Of a stretch of 50,420 nucleotides of DNA, positions 10,267 to 19,859 are shown piece after piece; within the stretch, counting starts at the first letter, position 1; each line of letters begins with the position of its first letter. The notes under the pieces were generated by a model, which was not told the DNA's origin, made no database searches, and was given only the letters and a program-made list of their open reading frames with translations. The stretch comes from Actinomycetota bacterium (GTDB lineage: Bacteria > Actinomycetota > UBA4738 > HRBIN12). Location: the NCBI GenBank assembly GCA_046728055.1, contig JBKPDU010000018.1, positions 1 through 50,420 on the forward strand, given 5' to 3'. A program made the translations under genes and the position numbers.

Positions 10267-12096
10267 TCAGGCCAGAGCGCCGCGGATCGCGGCCGCGATC
10301 TTCGGCCCGGAGATGCCGGCCCAGTCCCGGAGCTCGTCGGGGGTCCCCGAGCCCGGCATCTCGGTTACTCCCAGCTTGAGCACTCGACCCGAGAGCTCTC
10401 CCTCGCCGGCCAGCGCCTGCAGGACGGCGTCGCCCAGCCCACCGTCGATCCAATGGTCCTCCACCACCACGACGAGCCCCGTCTCGCGAAGGGCGGCGGC
10501 CAGCGTCGTCACGTCGATCGGTTTCACCGAGTACGCGTCGATGACCCGGACCGCCGTGCCGTCGGCCGAGAGCTCGTCGGCCGCTTTCAGGGCCTCGTAG
10601 ACCGTCACGCCCGCTCCAACGATGCTCGCCCGATCGCCGTCGCTCGAGCGAAGGACCTTGCTCCCCCCGATGGGGAACGGCTCGTCCACCTCGTAGAGCT
10701 TCGGCGTCCCCTCCCGGGTCGTGCGGATGTATGCGACGCCCGAAACATCGAACATCGCCGCCGTGAGCTTGGCCGCGGCGTTGCCGTCCGCCGGATACAG
10801 CACCGTGGAGCCATGGACGGCCCGCATCATGGCCAGGTCCTCCAGGGCCATCTGCGACGGACCGTCCTCACCGATCGACACGCCGGCGTGCGACCCCGAG
10901 AGGCGGAGGTTCGCCCGGCTGACCGCGGCCATCCTGATGAAGTCGTAGGCACGGGTCACGAACGCGCCGAACGTCGCCGCGAACGGCGTCTTGCCCAGGA
11001 CCTGGAGGCCGACGGCCGCGGCGACCATGCACTGCTCGGCGATGTACATCTCGAGGAACCGGTCGGGCGCGACCTTCTGGAAGTCCTCGGTGTGCGTGGA
11101 GTTGGACACCTCGCCGTCCAAGACCACCAGGGAAGGGTTGTCGGCCATCGCCGCGAGGGTCTCGCCGAACGCCTTCCGCGTGGCCACGGCGTCGTCGTAG
11201 CCGGGCAGCTCGTACGCGAACGGCGTGGGTGGTTGGGGGATCCGCAGCTCGGGCTTCGGAGGGGTGATCGTGATGTTCCTCGGCCCGCCAAGCTCGGCGA
11301 CCGCCCTCTCCGCCTCCTCCTTCGACAGCGCCTTGCCGTGCCATCCCTCCTTGTTGGCCAGGAAGGAGACGCCGTGGCCTTTCTCGGTCCTGGCCACGAC
11401 GAGCACGGGCCCGTCGGCGTCCTCGGCCTCCCGATAGGCCGCGTCGATGGCCGACACGTCGTGGCCGTCGACCTGGATGGCGTGCCACCCGAACGCCCTG
11501 GCGCGCTCGGCGTAGACGTCCCCGTGCCACTCGAGCATTGTCGGACCGCGCTGCCCCAGCCGGTTCATGTCCAGGATGGCCACCAGGTTGGCCGCGCCGT
11601 GGAACCAGGCGTTGGCCATCGCCTCCCATACCGATCCCTCGGCGGCCTCCGAGTCGCCGAGCAGGACCCACACCCGGGCCGGGCTCTGATCGATCTTCAG
11701 GGCAAGCGCCATGCCCAGGCCGATCGGAAGCCCCTGGCCGAGCGACCCCGTGGCCACGTCGATCCACGGCAGCTCCGGCACCGGCGCCGGGTGCCCCTGC
11801 AGCGGGCTGCCGAACGCGCGGAACGTGAGGAGCTGCTCGTCGGTAATGGCCCCGACGGCCTTCAGCACCGAGTACATGAGGGGCGAGGCGTGGCCCTTGG
11901 ACAGGACGAAGCGGTCATTGGACGGGTTCTTCGGATCGGACACGTCGTATCGAAGGTGGTCCGAGTAGAGCACGGCGAGTAGATGAGCCGCCGACATGGA
12001 GGACGTGGGATGGCCCGATCCGGCCTGCGTCGACGCGCGGATGCTGTCCACCGCGAGCTGCGCGGCGAGCTCGTTCCACTCCTGGACCTCGTTCAT
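10267..12096 (-). CDS. tkt: Transketolase, short (~610 aa) single-chain type
   Basis: GSGHPTSSMSAA, DRFVLSKGHASP, ATGSLGQGL, LLGDSEAAEGSVWEA and ILDMNRLGQ. The pattern closely parallels the mammalian-type short transketolase. Confidence 0.85.
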   Translation of the reverse strand: MNEVQEWNELAAQLAVDSIRASTQAGSGHPTSSMSAAHLLAVLYSDHLRYDVSDPKNPSNDRFVLSKGHASPLMYSVLKAVGAITDEQLLTFRAFGSPLQGHPAPVPELPWIDVATGSLGQGLPIGLGMALALKIDQSPARVWVLLGDSEAAEGSVWEAMANAWFHGAANLVAILDMNRLGQRGPTMLEWHGDVYAERARAFGWHAIQVDGHDVSAIDAAYREAEDADGPVLVVARTEKGHGVSFLANKEGWHGKALSKEEAERAVAELGGPRNITITPPKPELRIPQPPTPFAYELPGYDDAVATRKAFGETLAAMADNPSLVVLDGEVSNSTHTEDFQKVAPDRFLEMYIAEQCMVAAAVGLQVLGKTPFAATFGAFVTRAYDFIRMAAVSRANLRLSGSHAGVSIGEDGPSQMALEDLAMMRAVHGSTVLYPADGNAAAKLTAAMFDVSGVAYIRTTREGTPKLYEVDEPFPIGGSKVLRSSDGDRASIVGAGVTVYEALKAADELSADGTAVRVIDAYSVKPIDVTTLAAALRETGLVVVVEDHWIDGGLGDAVLQALAGEGELSGRVLKLGVTEMPGSGTPDELRDWAGISGPKIAAAIRGALA

Positions 12097-12189
12097 CCCG
12101 CCCCCCCTCGCTGCCCCGTCGCTCGGCTCGTGGGCTTCGACGTGTCCAGCTTATCGACCGGTCGTGGGGAGGTCAGGCAAGATAGCTCC

Positions 12190-13257
12190 ATGCGCCTGCC
12201 GGTCATGCCACCCGTCGCCCCGATGCTCGCCAAGCCCATCGAGCACATCCCGACCGGACCGTTCAGCTTCGAGCCGAAGTGGGACGGCTTCCGCTCGATC
12301 GTCTTCCGTGACGGAGGGGAGGTCGAGATCGGCAGCCGCAACGAGCGGCCAATGACTCGGTACTTCCCCGAGGTCGTCGAGGCGATCAAGGCGAACCTCC
12401 CGGAGCGGAGCGTCGTGGATGGCGAGATCGTCGTCCCGGATCCGTCGGGTCGGCGTCTGGAGTTCGAGACGCTCCAGCAACGGATCCACCCCGCCGACAG
12501 CCGGGTCAGGCTGCTCGCCCAGCAGACGCCGGCACATCTCGTTGCGTTCGACCTTCTGGCCCTGGGAGACCGCGACTACACACGTGAACCGTTCGCCGAG
12601 CGGCGTCGCGCGCTCGTCGAGGCCCTGGCCGGCGCCGGGTCGCCGATCCACGTCACGCCCGCCACCACCGACCACGACGTGGCGGACAGATGGTTCAGCA
12701 CGTTCGAGGGCGCGGGTCTCGACGGCTTGATCGCCAAGCCGCTGGACGGGACGTATCAGCCGGGCAAACGGGTGATGTTCAAGATCAAGCACGTTCGGAC
12801 CGCTGATTGCGTGGTCGCCGGGTACCGGGTCTTCAGGAACGAGGAGCGGGCGATCGGATCGCTGCTCCTCGGCCTGTACGACGAGCACGGTGAGCTTGCC
12901 AACGTGGGCGTCGTCGGCGCGTTCCCCATGGAGATGCGCCGGAGGTTGTTCGGGGAGCTTCAGCCGCTCGTCACGACGTTCGATCGGCATCCCTGGGACT
13001 GGGCCAAGCTCGACACCGGCACTCGGACCCCCCGAAGCGCCGAGACCAGCCGGTGGAGCGCGGGGAAGGACCTCTCGTTCGTCCCGCTGCGACCCGAACG
13101 TGTCGTCGAGGTCCGGTATGACCACATGGAGGGGCCTCGGTTCCGGCACACCACCCAGTTCGTGCGGTGGCGTCCCGACCGCGAACCGCGATCCTGCACC
13201 TTCGCTCAGCTCCAGGAGCCGGTCCGTTTCGACCTCGTGGACATCCTGAGCTCGTGA
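12190..13257 (+). CDS. ligC: ATP-dependent DNA ligase, LigC-like (adenylation + OB domains only)
   Basis: ATG at 12190 (MRLPVMPPVAPMLAKP). Motif I is EPKWDGFR. At 355 aa it has no polymerase or nuclease domains. The part of track ORF 11983.. upstream overlaps the tkt start. Confidence 0.8.
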   Translation: MRLPVMPPVAPMLAKPIEHIPTGPFSFEPKWDGFRSIVFRDGGEVEIGSRNERPMTRYFPEVVEAIKANLPERSVVDGEIVVPDPSGRRLEFETLQQRIHPADSRVRLLAQQTPAHLVAFDLLALGDRDYTREPFAERRRALVEALAGAGSPIHVTPATTDHDVADRWFSTFEGAGLDGLIAKPLDGTYQPGKRVMFKIKHVRTADCVVAGYRVFRNEERAIGSLLLGLYDEHGELANVGVVGAFPMEMRRRLFGELQPLVTTFDRHPWDWAKLDTGTRTPRSAETSRWSAGKDLSFVPLRPERVVEVRYDHMEGPRFRHTTQFVRWRPDREPRSCTFAQLQEPVRFDLVDILSS

Positions 13258-13286
13258 CGCTCCGGGCCCCTGCTACCCTGTGCGCC

Positions 13287-13778
13287 ATGGCCGAGTACAA
13301 GGAAGTTCGGGTCGAGCGCCTGTTCGTGAAGGTCCCGAACACCGACAAGCTTCGCAAGACCGCCGCGGGCCGCCATCGCCATCTCCTGGCCACTGGGTGG
13401 CGCGAGCTGGAACGCAAGCTGGAGTTCGATCACGTGAGGGTCCGCTACGAGCGGACGGGGCACACCCCGCTCAAGTCCCGCCTGCCCAAGCCCGAGGCCG
13501 AGGTCCCACGAATGGATCGGCGACCCCGCGGTCAGTTCGGCGGGAGCGGCCGGGGCTTCGGGGGACGCGGCGGCGCACGGGGGGGTCCTCGGGGAGGAGC
13601 CGGCGGCCCCGGTGGACGGGGTGGTCCGGGCGCCGGGCGTGGAGCCACGGGGCGCGGTGCCACGACATCCCCGACATCCCCGACATCCCCTCAGCCCGGC
13701 GGGGGGCCCGCGGAACGCCCCCGGCCCGACGCCACCCCGCCCTCGTCGGCCCCGCCGCCAGGACCGGCTCGGACCTAG
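13287..13778 (+). CDS. Hypothetical protein with a globular N-terminal ~75 aa and an RGG/Gly-Arg-rich, then Pro/Ser/Thr-rich, disordered tail
   Basis: ATG 13287 lies inside track ORF 13167..13778. N-terminus is MAEYKEVRVERLFVKVPNTDKLRK.., followed by GGSGRGFGGRGGARGGPRGGAGGPGGRGGPGAGRG and TSPTSPTSP. One frame stays open throughout. Confidence 0.55.
   Translation: MAEYKEVRVERLFVKVPNTDKLRKTAAGRHRHLLATGWRELERKLEFDHVRVRYERTGHTPLKSRLPKPEAEVPRMDRRPRGQFGGSGRGFGGRGGARGGPRGGAGGPGGRGGPGAGRGATGRGATTSPTSPTSPQPGGGPAERPRPDATPPSSAPPPGPART
13664..13690 (+). repeat. Perfect 3 x 9-bp tandem repeat (GACATCCCC) inside the RGG-protein gene
   Basis: Read directly: gacatcccc gacatcccc gacatcccc. It is in frame and encodes the (TSP)3 stretch. 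Confidence 0.9.
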
Positions 13779-13898
13779 TCCCCTCACCGAAGTTCCTTCG
13801 GCCAATGGCCCTGGAGACCGAACAGAACCTCCCTTGGGTAAGATTGACTTTCGTTCCGTTCGTAGCTCCAGTGTTCCTGAGAGCGACTGAGGATAGAG

Positions 13899-15320
13899 AT
13901 GAAGGGAGGTCGGGTGAGCGAGGACCACGGCGCAGAGCGGCCCAGGCACGACTCGGGCAGGGCACACGCCGCCGAGCAGCCGTTCCCCTATCCGTTGAAG
14001 CGCGAGTTCGTGGAGCCCGATTGGACCCGCCTCCCGGCCTATGCCCGGGTCACCAGGAAGGAATGGGAGAGCGCCCAATGGCAGCGCGCCCACACGGTGA
14101 AGAACCTGGCCGAGTTCAGACGGGCACTGGGCGATCACCTCGACGACGAACTGCTCGCCGACATCGAGCGGGACCAGCAGGAGCGGGCCACGATGTCGAT
14201 GCTGATCCCCCCGCAGATGATCAACACGATGGATGAACGCGACCTGCGTGGCGACCCGGTCCGTAGGTACATGGCGCCGACCTATTCCGACCGGCACCCC
14301 GAGTGGACCTCCCACCCCATGGCAACGCGCGATAGCCTCCACGAGGCCGACATGTGGGCCGTCGAGGGTCTCACCCATCGCTATCCGACGAAGGTCCTGG
14401 CCGAGATGATCTCGACGTGCCCGCAGTACTGCGGCCACTGCACCCGGATGGACCTGGTGGGAAACGATACGGCACAGATCCTGAAGTACAAGTTCGAGGC
14501 GAAGCAGCAGGAGCGATGGAACGCCATGCTGGAGTACCTGCGGCGGACCCCTTCGGTGCGAGACGTCGTGGTCTCCGGCGGCGACGTGGCGAACATCCCG
14601 GTCAAGCGGCTCGAGGAGTTCGTCCTCGGCCTACTCGACATCCCGAACATCCGCGACATCCGGCTGGCCACGAAGGGGCTGATGGGCCTGCCGCAGCACT
14701 TCCTCCAGGACGACGTGCTGAAGGGCTACGAGGTGATGGCCACGCGCGCCCGCGAGCGCCATGTCGACATCGCCATCCACACGCATATCAACGCGGCTCA
14801 GCAGGTCACGCCGCTCGTGGCCAGGGCCGTGGGCGAGCTCCTGGACATGGGGTATCGGGACGTTCGGAACCAGGGGGTCCTGCTTCGTGGAGTGAACACC
14901 ACGCCCGATGCGCTCCTCGACCTCTGCTTCACCCTCATCGACCATGGAAAGGTCATGCCGTACTACTTCTACATGTGCGACATGATCCCCAACTCGGAGC
15001 ACTGGCGGACCTCCCTTGCTGAGGCCCAGGACCTCCAGTACGCCTTGCTCGGCTACCTGCCGGGTTTCGCAACGCCACGCGTCGTCTGTGACGTGCCGTT
15101 CGTGGGGAAGCGCTGGGTCCACATGGCAAAGAGCTACGACCGCACCCACGGCATCTCCACCTGGACGAAGAACTACCGCACGGGGATCGAGTTCAGCGAC
15201 CCGGATGCCCTCTCGCGCGAGTATCCGTACTACGACCCCATCTACACTCTTCCCGAGGAGGGGCAGCAGTACTGGCGCGACCACATCCGCAAGACCCGGC
15301 GCGAGCTCCAGCCCGTCTGA
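13899..15320 (+). CDS. kamA: KamA-family radical SAM aminomutase (lysine 2,3-aminomutase-like)
   Basis: 473 aa. Radical-SAM CPQYCGHC, SGGD, and a PLP-Lys context VCDVPFVGK. Asp residues in CDMIP and CDVP align with those I recall binding the lysine epsilon-amino group in clostridial KAM. An alternative GTG start at 13914 follows GGGAGG. Confidence 0.8.
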   Translation: MKGGRVSEDHGAERPRHDSGRAHAAEQPFPYPLKREFVEPDWTRLPAYARVTRKEWESAQWQRAHTVKNLAEFRRALGDHLDDELLADIERDQQERATMSMLIPPQMINTMDERDLRGDPVRRYMAPTYSDRHPEWTSHPMATRDSLHEADMWAVEGLTHRYPTKVLAEMISTCPQYCGHCTRMDLVGNDTAQILKYKFEAKQQERWNAMLEYLRRTPSVRDVVVSGGDVANIPVKRLEEFVLGLLDIPNIRDIRLATKGLMGLPQHFLQDDVLKGYEVMATRARERHVDIAIHTHINAAQQVTPLVARAVGELLDMGYRDVRNQGVLLRGVNTTPDALLDLCFTLIDHGKVMPYYFYMCDMIPNSEHWRTSLAEAQDLQYALLGYLPGFATPRVVCDVPFVGKRWVHMAKSYDRTHGISTWTKNYRTGIEFSDPDALSREYPYYDPIYTLPEEGQQYWRDHIRKTRRELQPV

Positions 15321-15331
15321 CCACTCAGCCC

Positions 15332-16771
15332 TCAGAGCGAGGTCAGCTCGTAGACGAGCCACCCTTCGGGCTCTGAGACGGCCGTCAGCGACGCGAGCGG
15401 AGAGCTCGCGGGCGGCGGCTCGGCGAGCACTACGAACACCCGACCATTCGGAGCCACGGACCCGTGGATCGCGGCCAACGACGACGCGTCGGTGTCCTCC
15501 AGGCCCCGCCCGGCGCATCCCGACGCAAACGCCAGCTGAGGAAATGCGGCGCCGGCGACCACGCACGGCCGGCCTGCGGCGAGCCCGCGCACCTCGTCTC
15601 CGAGGAAGGCGACCGTCTCCCGCGCGACCGCTGCGTTCCTCCCGATCGCGCGAGCCGTCCCGAGCTGCCACACGGTCAGCCCGACCAGAACGGCCGCTGC
15701 GGCAGCGCCGGCGATCCGATGAACGGTCCGTCCGGTGAGGAGCGAGATCAGGCCAGCGGCTGCCGGGAGCGAGAGCAGGGCGTAGGCGGGGAGGAGGAAC
15801 CGAGGCGCCAGGCCCGACACGAGCACGACGTACTCGGCGGCGAGGGCCGAGCCGGCCATGACGGCGCACAGGATGGGGCCTCGCCTCGCGGACGGTGTCC
15901 GTACCACCGCGACGATCGCGAGGGCCGCCGTGATCCCCCACCACAGAACGCCGGCGAGTGGCACGTGCGGGTGCGCCTCGGGTCCGATGGTCGGCCCGTT
16001 CGTGAGGGCGAGGTTCTGGACCACCCGATCGCCGACGCCCAGCGCGGTCACATGGCCGAGTGCGGCGGCATCGCGCATCGCCCGGACCGGACCGCCGAAC
16101 CGCACCGACATCTCGACCAGCCAGGCCCCACACCCCAGGGCAAGCCCGCCGCCCAGCGGCACCAGTGAGCGGCTGCACGACCGCCGGAACAGCAGGACGT
16201 AGACCGCCAACGCTCCGCTCAACACCAGGGCGTCCGCCGGCCGAACCAGGGCCATCAGGAAGACCAACCCCGCGGCGCCGACCGCGGCCCACTGCTCGCC
16301 GGCCTCCACCCGGCGAACCAACGCTCCAGCGGTCGCTACGGCCAGGACGGCGGCCCACAGGTTGGGCATGACCTCCGATCCGTAGAACAGCCCGACCCAG
16401 GTGAACCCGAAGGCGGACGCCGCGATCGGTGCCCCCAGGCCGAGGGACGGGACCCATAGGAGAAGGCTGGCGACGACAGCGAGCGACGACAGGGCGGTCA
16501 GGAACAGGCGGACCATGGAGACCGATCCTCCGGCCATGGTGACCGGGGCAACCAGGAACGACACGCCGCGCGCGCGTGAAGGGGCGAACGCGATCGGCTG
16601 CACGCCAGGTGTCACCTGCGAGAGGTAGATCGCCTCATCCCACGCTGGGGCCCGGTTGGGGGAGAACAGCACGAGCTGCGCAACCAGGTAGGCCGCACCC
16701 ACGACCACCAGGAGACCGCGAGCCATCCGCCCGTTCCAGGGCCCCGCGGGGCCGGCCATCCGCTCGTTCAT
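15332..16771 (-). CDS. Polytopic membrane protein, GT-C-type glycosyltransferase-like (ArnT/PMT family)
   Basis: 479 aa with at least 10 hydrophobic helices. An early-loop motif APAWDEAIYL resembles the DE/DExxY motif of GT-C enzymes. Confidence 0.55.
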   Translation of the reverse strand: MNERMAGPAGPWNGRMARGLLVVVGAAYLVAQLVLFSPNRAPAWDEAIYLSQVTPGVQPIAFAPSRARGVSFLVAPVTMAGGSVSMVRLFLTALSSLAVVASLLLWVPSLGLGAPIAASAFGFTWVGLFYGSEVMPNLWAAVLAVATAGALVRRVEAGEQWAAVGAAGLVFLMALVRPADALVLSGALAVYVLLFRRSCSRSLVPLGGGLALGCGAWLVEMSVRFGGPVRAMRDAAALGHVTALGVGDRVVQNLALTNGPTIGPEAHPHVPLAGVLWWGITAALAIVAVVRTPSARRGPILCAVMAGSALAAEYVVLVSGLAPRFLLPAYALLSLPAAAGLISLLTGRTVHRIAGAAAAAVLVGLTVWQLGTARAIGRNAAVARETVAFLGDEVRGLAAGRPCVVAGAAFPQLAFASGCAGRGLEDTDASSLAAIHGSVAPNGRVFVVLAEPPPASSPLASLTAVSEPEGWLVYELTSL

Positions 16772-16836
16772 GCCCGACCCCGAAGCGCGGGGCCGGGCGG
16801 CCGTGGCCGAGGGTCGTCATGAGATAGGTTCCCCGG

Positions 16837-18222
16837 ATGCGAAGTGACCCACGTCGACCGGACAGACGACGCCCGTCCGGCGGCGTGATCTCCGCGGTTT
16901 CCTTGGTCGTGGCGATGGCGTGTTCCAGCGGCGCACCGGACTGGAAACCCTTGCCCCCCATCGATCTCGGGACGCGCCCCACCCACGTCGACACGAGCTC
17001 GTTCCCCACCCGATGGCCCATCAAGCATGTCGTGTTCATCATCAAGGAGAACCGGACCTTCGATAACCTCTTCGGCCGGTTCCCAGGGGCCGATGGCGCG
17101 ACCTCGGGGTTGGATCGCGGTACCGAGCGTCCGCTGACGCAGGCCCTCGACCGGATCCCCGTCGACATCGTGCACTGCTACCGATGCGCGCTCCAGGCGT
17201 GGAACGGCGGGAAGATGGACGGGTTCGCTTCGGTCAGCGCGCCGGCCGACCGGTACGCCTACACGCAGTTCGGACCGAGGGATCTGCCCGCCTATTGGCA
17301 CTGGGCGAAACGGTTCGTCCTGGGGGACAACTTCTTCGCCTCGGCCCACGGCCCGTCGTTCCCCAACCATCTGTACACGATCGCCGCGCAGTCCGGCGGC
17401 GCGCACGACAATCCCATCCAGGACCTCGAGCAGCTCCGGGAGCGGCACCGAACGACGGGGCTGTACAAGGCGTGGGGGTGCGACTCGCTCGAGGAGGCCT
17501 ACGTTCCGATCGAGGACCGCGAGGGCAAGCAGGTGAACGTGCCGCCGTGCTTCGACTTCCTGACCGAGGGCGACCTCCTGCTCCGCGCGGGGATCCCGTG
17601 GGCCTACTACTCGGCGACGAACACGCAGAACGGGTATCTGTGGTCCGCGTACGATGCCGTGCGTCACATCCGCCGGGACACCGAGTTGTGGCAGTCGCAC
17701 GTGTTCCCGGTGGACGGGGTGGTACGTGACATCAGGGACGATCGACTGCCTCCGGTCACCTGGGTCACACCACGCTTCGAGCTCTCCGAGCACCCCGAGT
17801 ACAGCTTCTGCTGGGGTCAGAGCTGGACCACCCGGGTCGTGAACGCCATCATGGCCAGCCCCATGTGGAAGGACACGGCCATCTTCATCACCTGGGACGA
17901 CTACGGTGGGTTCTACGACCACGTCCCGCCTCCGCAGATCGATCGATTCGGCTTTGGGATCCGGGTCCCGCTGTTGCTCATCTCGCCGTACGCGAAGGCC
18001 GGGTACGTCGACCATACCCTCGGGGAGTTCTCCTCGGTCCTTCGGTTCATCGAGGACAACTGGGGCCTGACGCAGCTCACCCACCGCGACCGGGATGCCC
18101 ACAACCTCTCCGAGGCGTTCGACTTCGCGCAGGAGCCCAGGGAGCCCGACCCCCAGCCGGTGCGGACCGACTGCCCGGGCCGGAAGTTCCCGGATGATCC
18201 GGTCCCCTCAGTCCAGGGGTGA
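16837..18222 (+). CDS. Phosphoesterase-family protein (phospholipase C / AcpA acid phosphatase family), exported and possibly a lipoprotein
   Basis: [26 protein letters not shown] is the family signature, plus [15 protein letters not shown]-terminal Arg-rich signal region with AMAC. Confidence 0.8.
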   Translation: MRSDPRRPDRRRPSGGVISAVSLVVAMACSSGAPDWKPLPPIDLGTRPTHVDTSSFPTRWPIKHVVFIIKENRTFDNLFGRFPGADGATSGLDRGTERPLTQALDRIPVDIVHCYRCALQAWNGGKMDGFASVSAPADRYAYTQFGPRDLPAYWHWAKRFVLGDNFFASAHGPSFPNHLYTIAAQSGGAHDNPIQDLEQLRERHRTTGLYKAWGCDSLEEAYVPIEDREGKQVNVPPCFDFLTEGDLLLRAGIPWAYYSATNTQNGYLWSAYDAVRHIRRDTELWQSHVFPVDGVVRDIRDDRLPPVTWVTPRFELSEHPEYSFCWGQSWTTRVVNAIMASPMWKDTAIFITWDDYGGFYDHVPPPQIDRFGFGIRVPLLLISPYAKAGYVDHTLGEFSSVLRFIEDNWGLTQLTHRDRDAHNLSEAFDFAQEPREPDPQPVRTDCPGRKFPDDPVPSVQG

Positions 18223-19806
18223 GCCGATCGTTCGGGCGAAGGGCCAGCTCGGGGCGAGCTGAGCGAACGTCGTGCCGTACGGGCAGTCCCGTCGCAGTGG
18301 GAGCACCAGCTTCTTGAACCTCGGGTGCTCGAAGTCGAACGCGCCGGAGAGCGGGTCGGCATTCGCGTCCCGTTCGGTCATCGGATCGAGCCCGAACACG
18401 AGCTCGATGAACCGAAGGACGCTGGAGAACTCGTAGACGGTGGGATCGACCGCCCCCCCGTTCGGGTTCGTGCCCGCCACCGTGAACGGCGAGATGATCA
18501 GCGCAGGCGTCCGCGGTCCCAGCCCCATGTGGTCGATGTGTGGAGGGGCGACCGGGTCGAAGAACCCGCCGAAGTCGTCCCAGACCACCACGATGACCGT
18601 GGACCGCCAGAACTCGCTCCTCATGATGCTGTTGACCAGGTTCACGGTCCAGTTCTCGCCGGCGCACACGCTCTTCCCGTTGCCGGGATGTTCGTTGTAC
18701 GACTCGGGGGGGATGACCCACGACACGGCGGGAAGGAGGCCCCGTCGCACGTCGGAGGTGAAGTCGCCCGGCGGCCGGACGTGCCGCCACATCGAGCCGA
18801 ACCGGACGTGCCGGATCATCTGGAGCGCGTTCATCCACGCGTTCTCCTCCGCGTAGTACCTCCATGAGATGCCTTCCGCCCGGAGCTGGTCGGGCAGGAC
18901 CGGGATGTCGAAGCACAGCCGGATCTGGTCCCAGTACTCGCCGAGCGCGTACGTGTTGTCGCCGTTCGCGTCGATCCGCTCTTCCAGGATCATGATGTCG
19001 GCGATCTCCTTCCGCGACAGTCTCGGGCGAAAGCGCGTCGCGTACTCGGTGGGATCGTCGCAGTAGCTACCGACGTGATCGGTGGTGCTCTTGTTGTCCA
19101 CGATGTCCTTGGCTTGCGCCGCAACCGTATACAGGTGCTCGGGCAGCGTGGGGCCGTACATCGAGGTGAAGAAGTGGTCGGCGAGGACGAAGCGGTCGGC
19201 GTAGGCCCAGTAGTTCGGGATCCCCTTGCGGGTGAAGTACGTGTACCCGGACAGGTCGTGGCCGAACAGCGTGGCCCGTTCGGCGTCCATGGGGATCGGC
19301 CCGTTCATCCAGTTGAACCCGTTCATCTTGCCACCGTTGATCGCGGTGAGGGCACATCGAAAGCAATGGGTGAGGTCGTGGGCCTGGACGTCCCGGGCCC
19401 GGTGCAGCTCGACGGTTCGGCCGTCCCGACATCCGTCCGGCGAGCACCGGATGGTGCCACCCGACGTGGCTCCGGTCGCTCCCGGGTAGGTAGCGAAGTA
19501 GTTGTTGAACGTCCGATTCTCCTTGACCACGAACACCACGTGCCTCACGGGTGTGGACCCGGTGTCGATGCTCGGGGTCGATGTGGGGGAGGTGCCCGAG
19601 GGCGAAGCAGAAGGCGCACCCTGGGCCCGAGGAGAGCCTGCGTCCTCGCCGGGTTCGCCCTCACCCCCCCGGCCCGTCCAGGCGAGCACCCCGATGATGA
19701 GTGCGACCGTCAGGAGGAATCCGACGTACGCACGCCGTCGGCGGAACAACCGGCCGAACGACCCGGAACGGGACGGAGGCAGATCGGGTCCGGGCGAGTC
19801 CTCCAC
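18208..19806 (-). CDS. Phosphoesterase-family protein (PLC/AcpA family) paralog, N-terminal membrane anchor or signal
   Basis: [26 protein letters not shown] and [17 protein letters not shown] start at 19806. Hydrophobic segment [17 protein letters not shown]. The 3' end overlaps the convergent paralog by 15 bp. Confidence 0.8.
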   Translation of the reverse strand: MEDSPGPDLPPSRSGSFGRLFRRRRAYVGFLLTVALIIGVLAWTGRGGEGEPGEDAGSPRAQGAPSASPSGTSPTSTPSIDTGSTPVRHVVFVVKENRTFNNYFATYPGATGATSGGTIRCSPDGCRDGRTVELHRARDVQAHDLTHCFRCALTAINGGKMNGFNWMNGPIPMDAERATLFGHDLSGYTYFTRKGIPNYWAYADRFVLADHFFTSMYGPTLPEHLYTVAAQAKDIVDNKSTTDHVGSYCDDPTEYATRFRPRLSRKEIADIMILEERIDANGDNTYALGEYWDQIRLCFDIPVLPDQLRAEGISWRYYAEENAWMNALQMIRHVRFGSMWRHVRPPGDFTSDVRRGLLPAVSWVIPPESYNEHPGNGKSVCAGENWTVNLVNSIMRSEFWRSTVIVVVWDDFGGFFDPVAPPHIDHMGLGPRTPALIISPFTVAGTNPNGGAVDPTVYEFSSVLRFIELVFGLDPMTERDANADPLSGAFDFEHPRFKKLVLPLRRDCPYGTTFAQLAPSWPFARTIGSPLD

Positions 19807-19859
19807 AGCCGAACGCTAGCAGCAACCTCCGGGTTGGGCGGGGCTCGGTCGTTCCGAGC

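Noticed and set aside
13779-13898. A comparatively AT-richer 120-bp leader upstream of kamA with small hairpins (CCGAAG-ttc-CTTCGG, GGCC-aat-GGCC), considered as a possible lysine or other riboswitch.
   Set aside because: I cannot recognise any conserved riboswitch core (no L-box-like elements). The first hairpins may simply terminate the RGG-protein gene. A covariance-model scan (Rfam/Infernal) is needed before any claim.
14631-16457. 608-aa minus-strand ORF overlapping kamA and the GT-C membrane protein gene.
   Set aside because: The composition is Arg/Gly-rich and artefactual. Both overlapped genes have strong family or topology signals in other frames.
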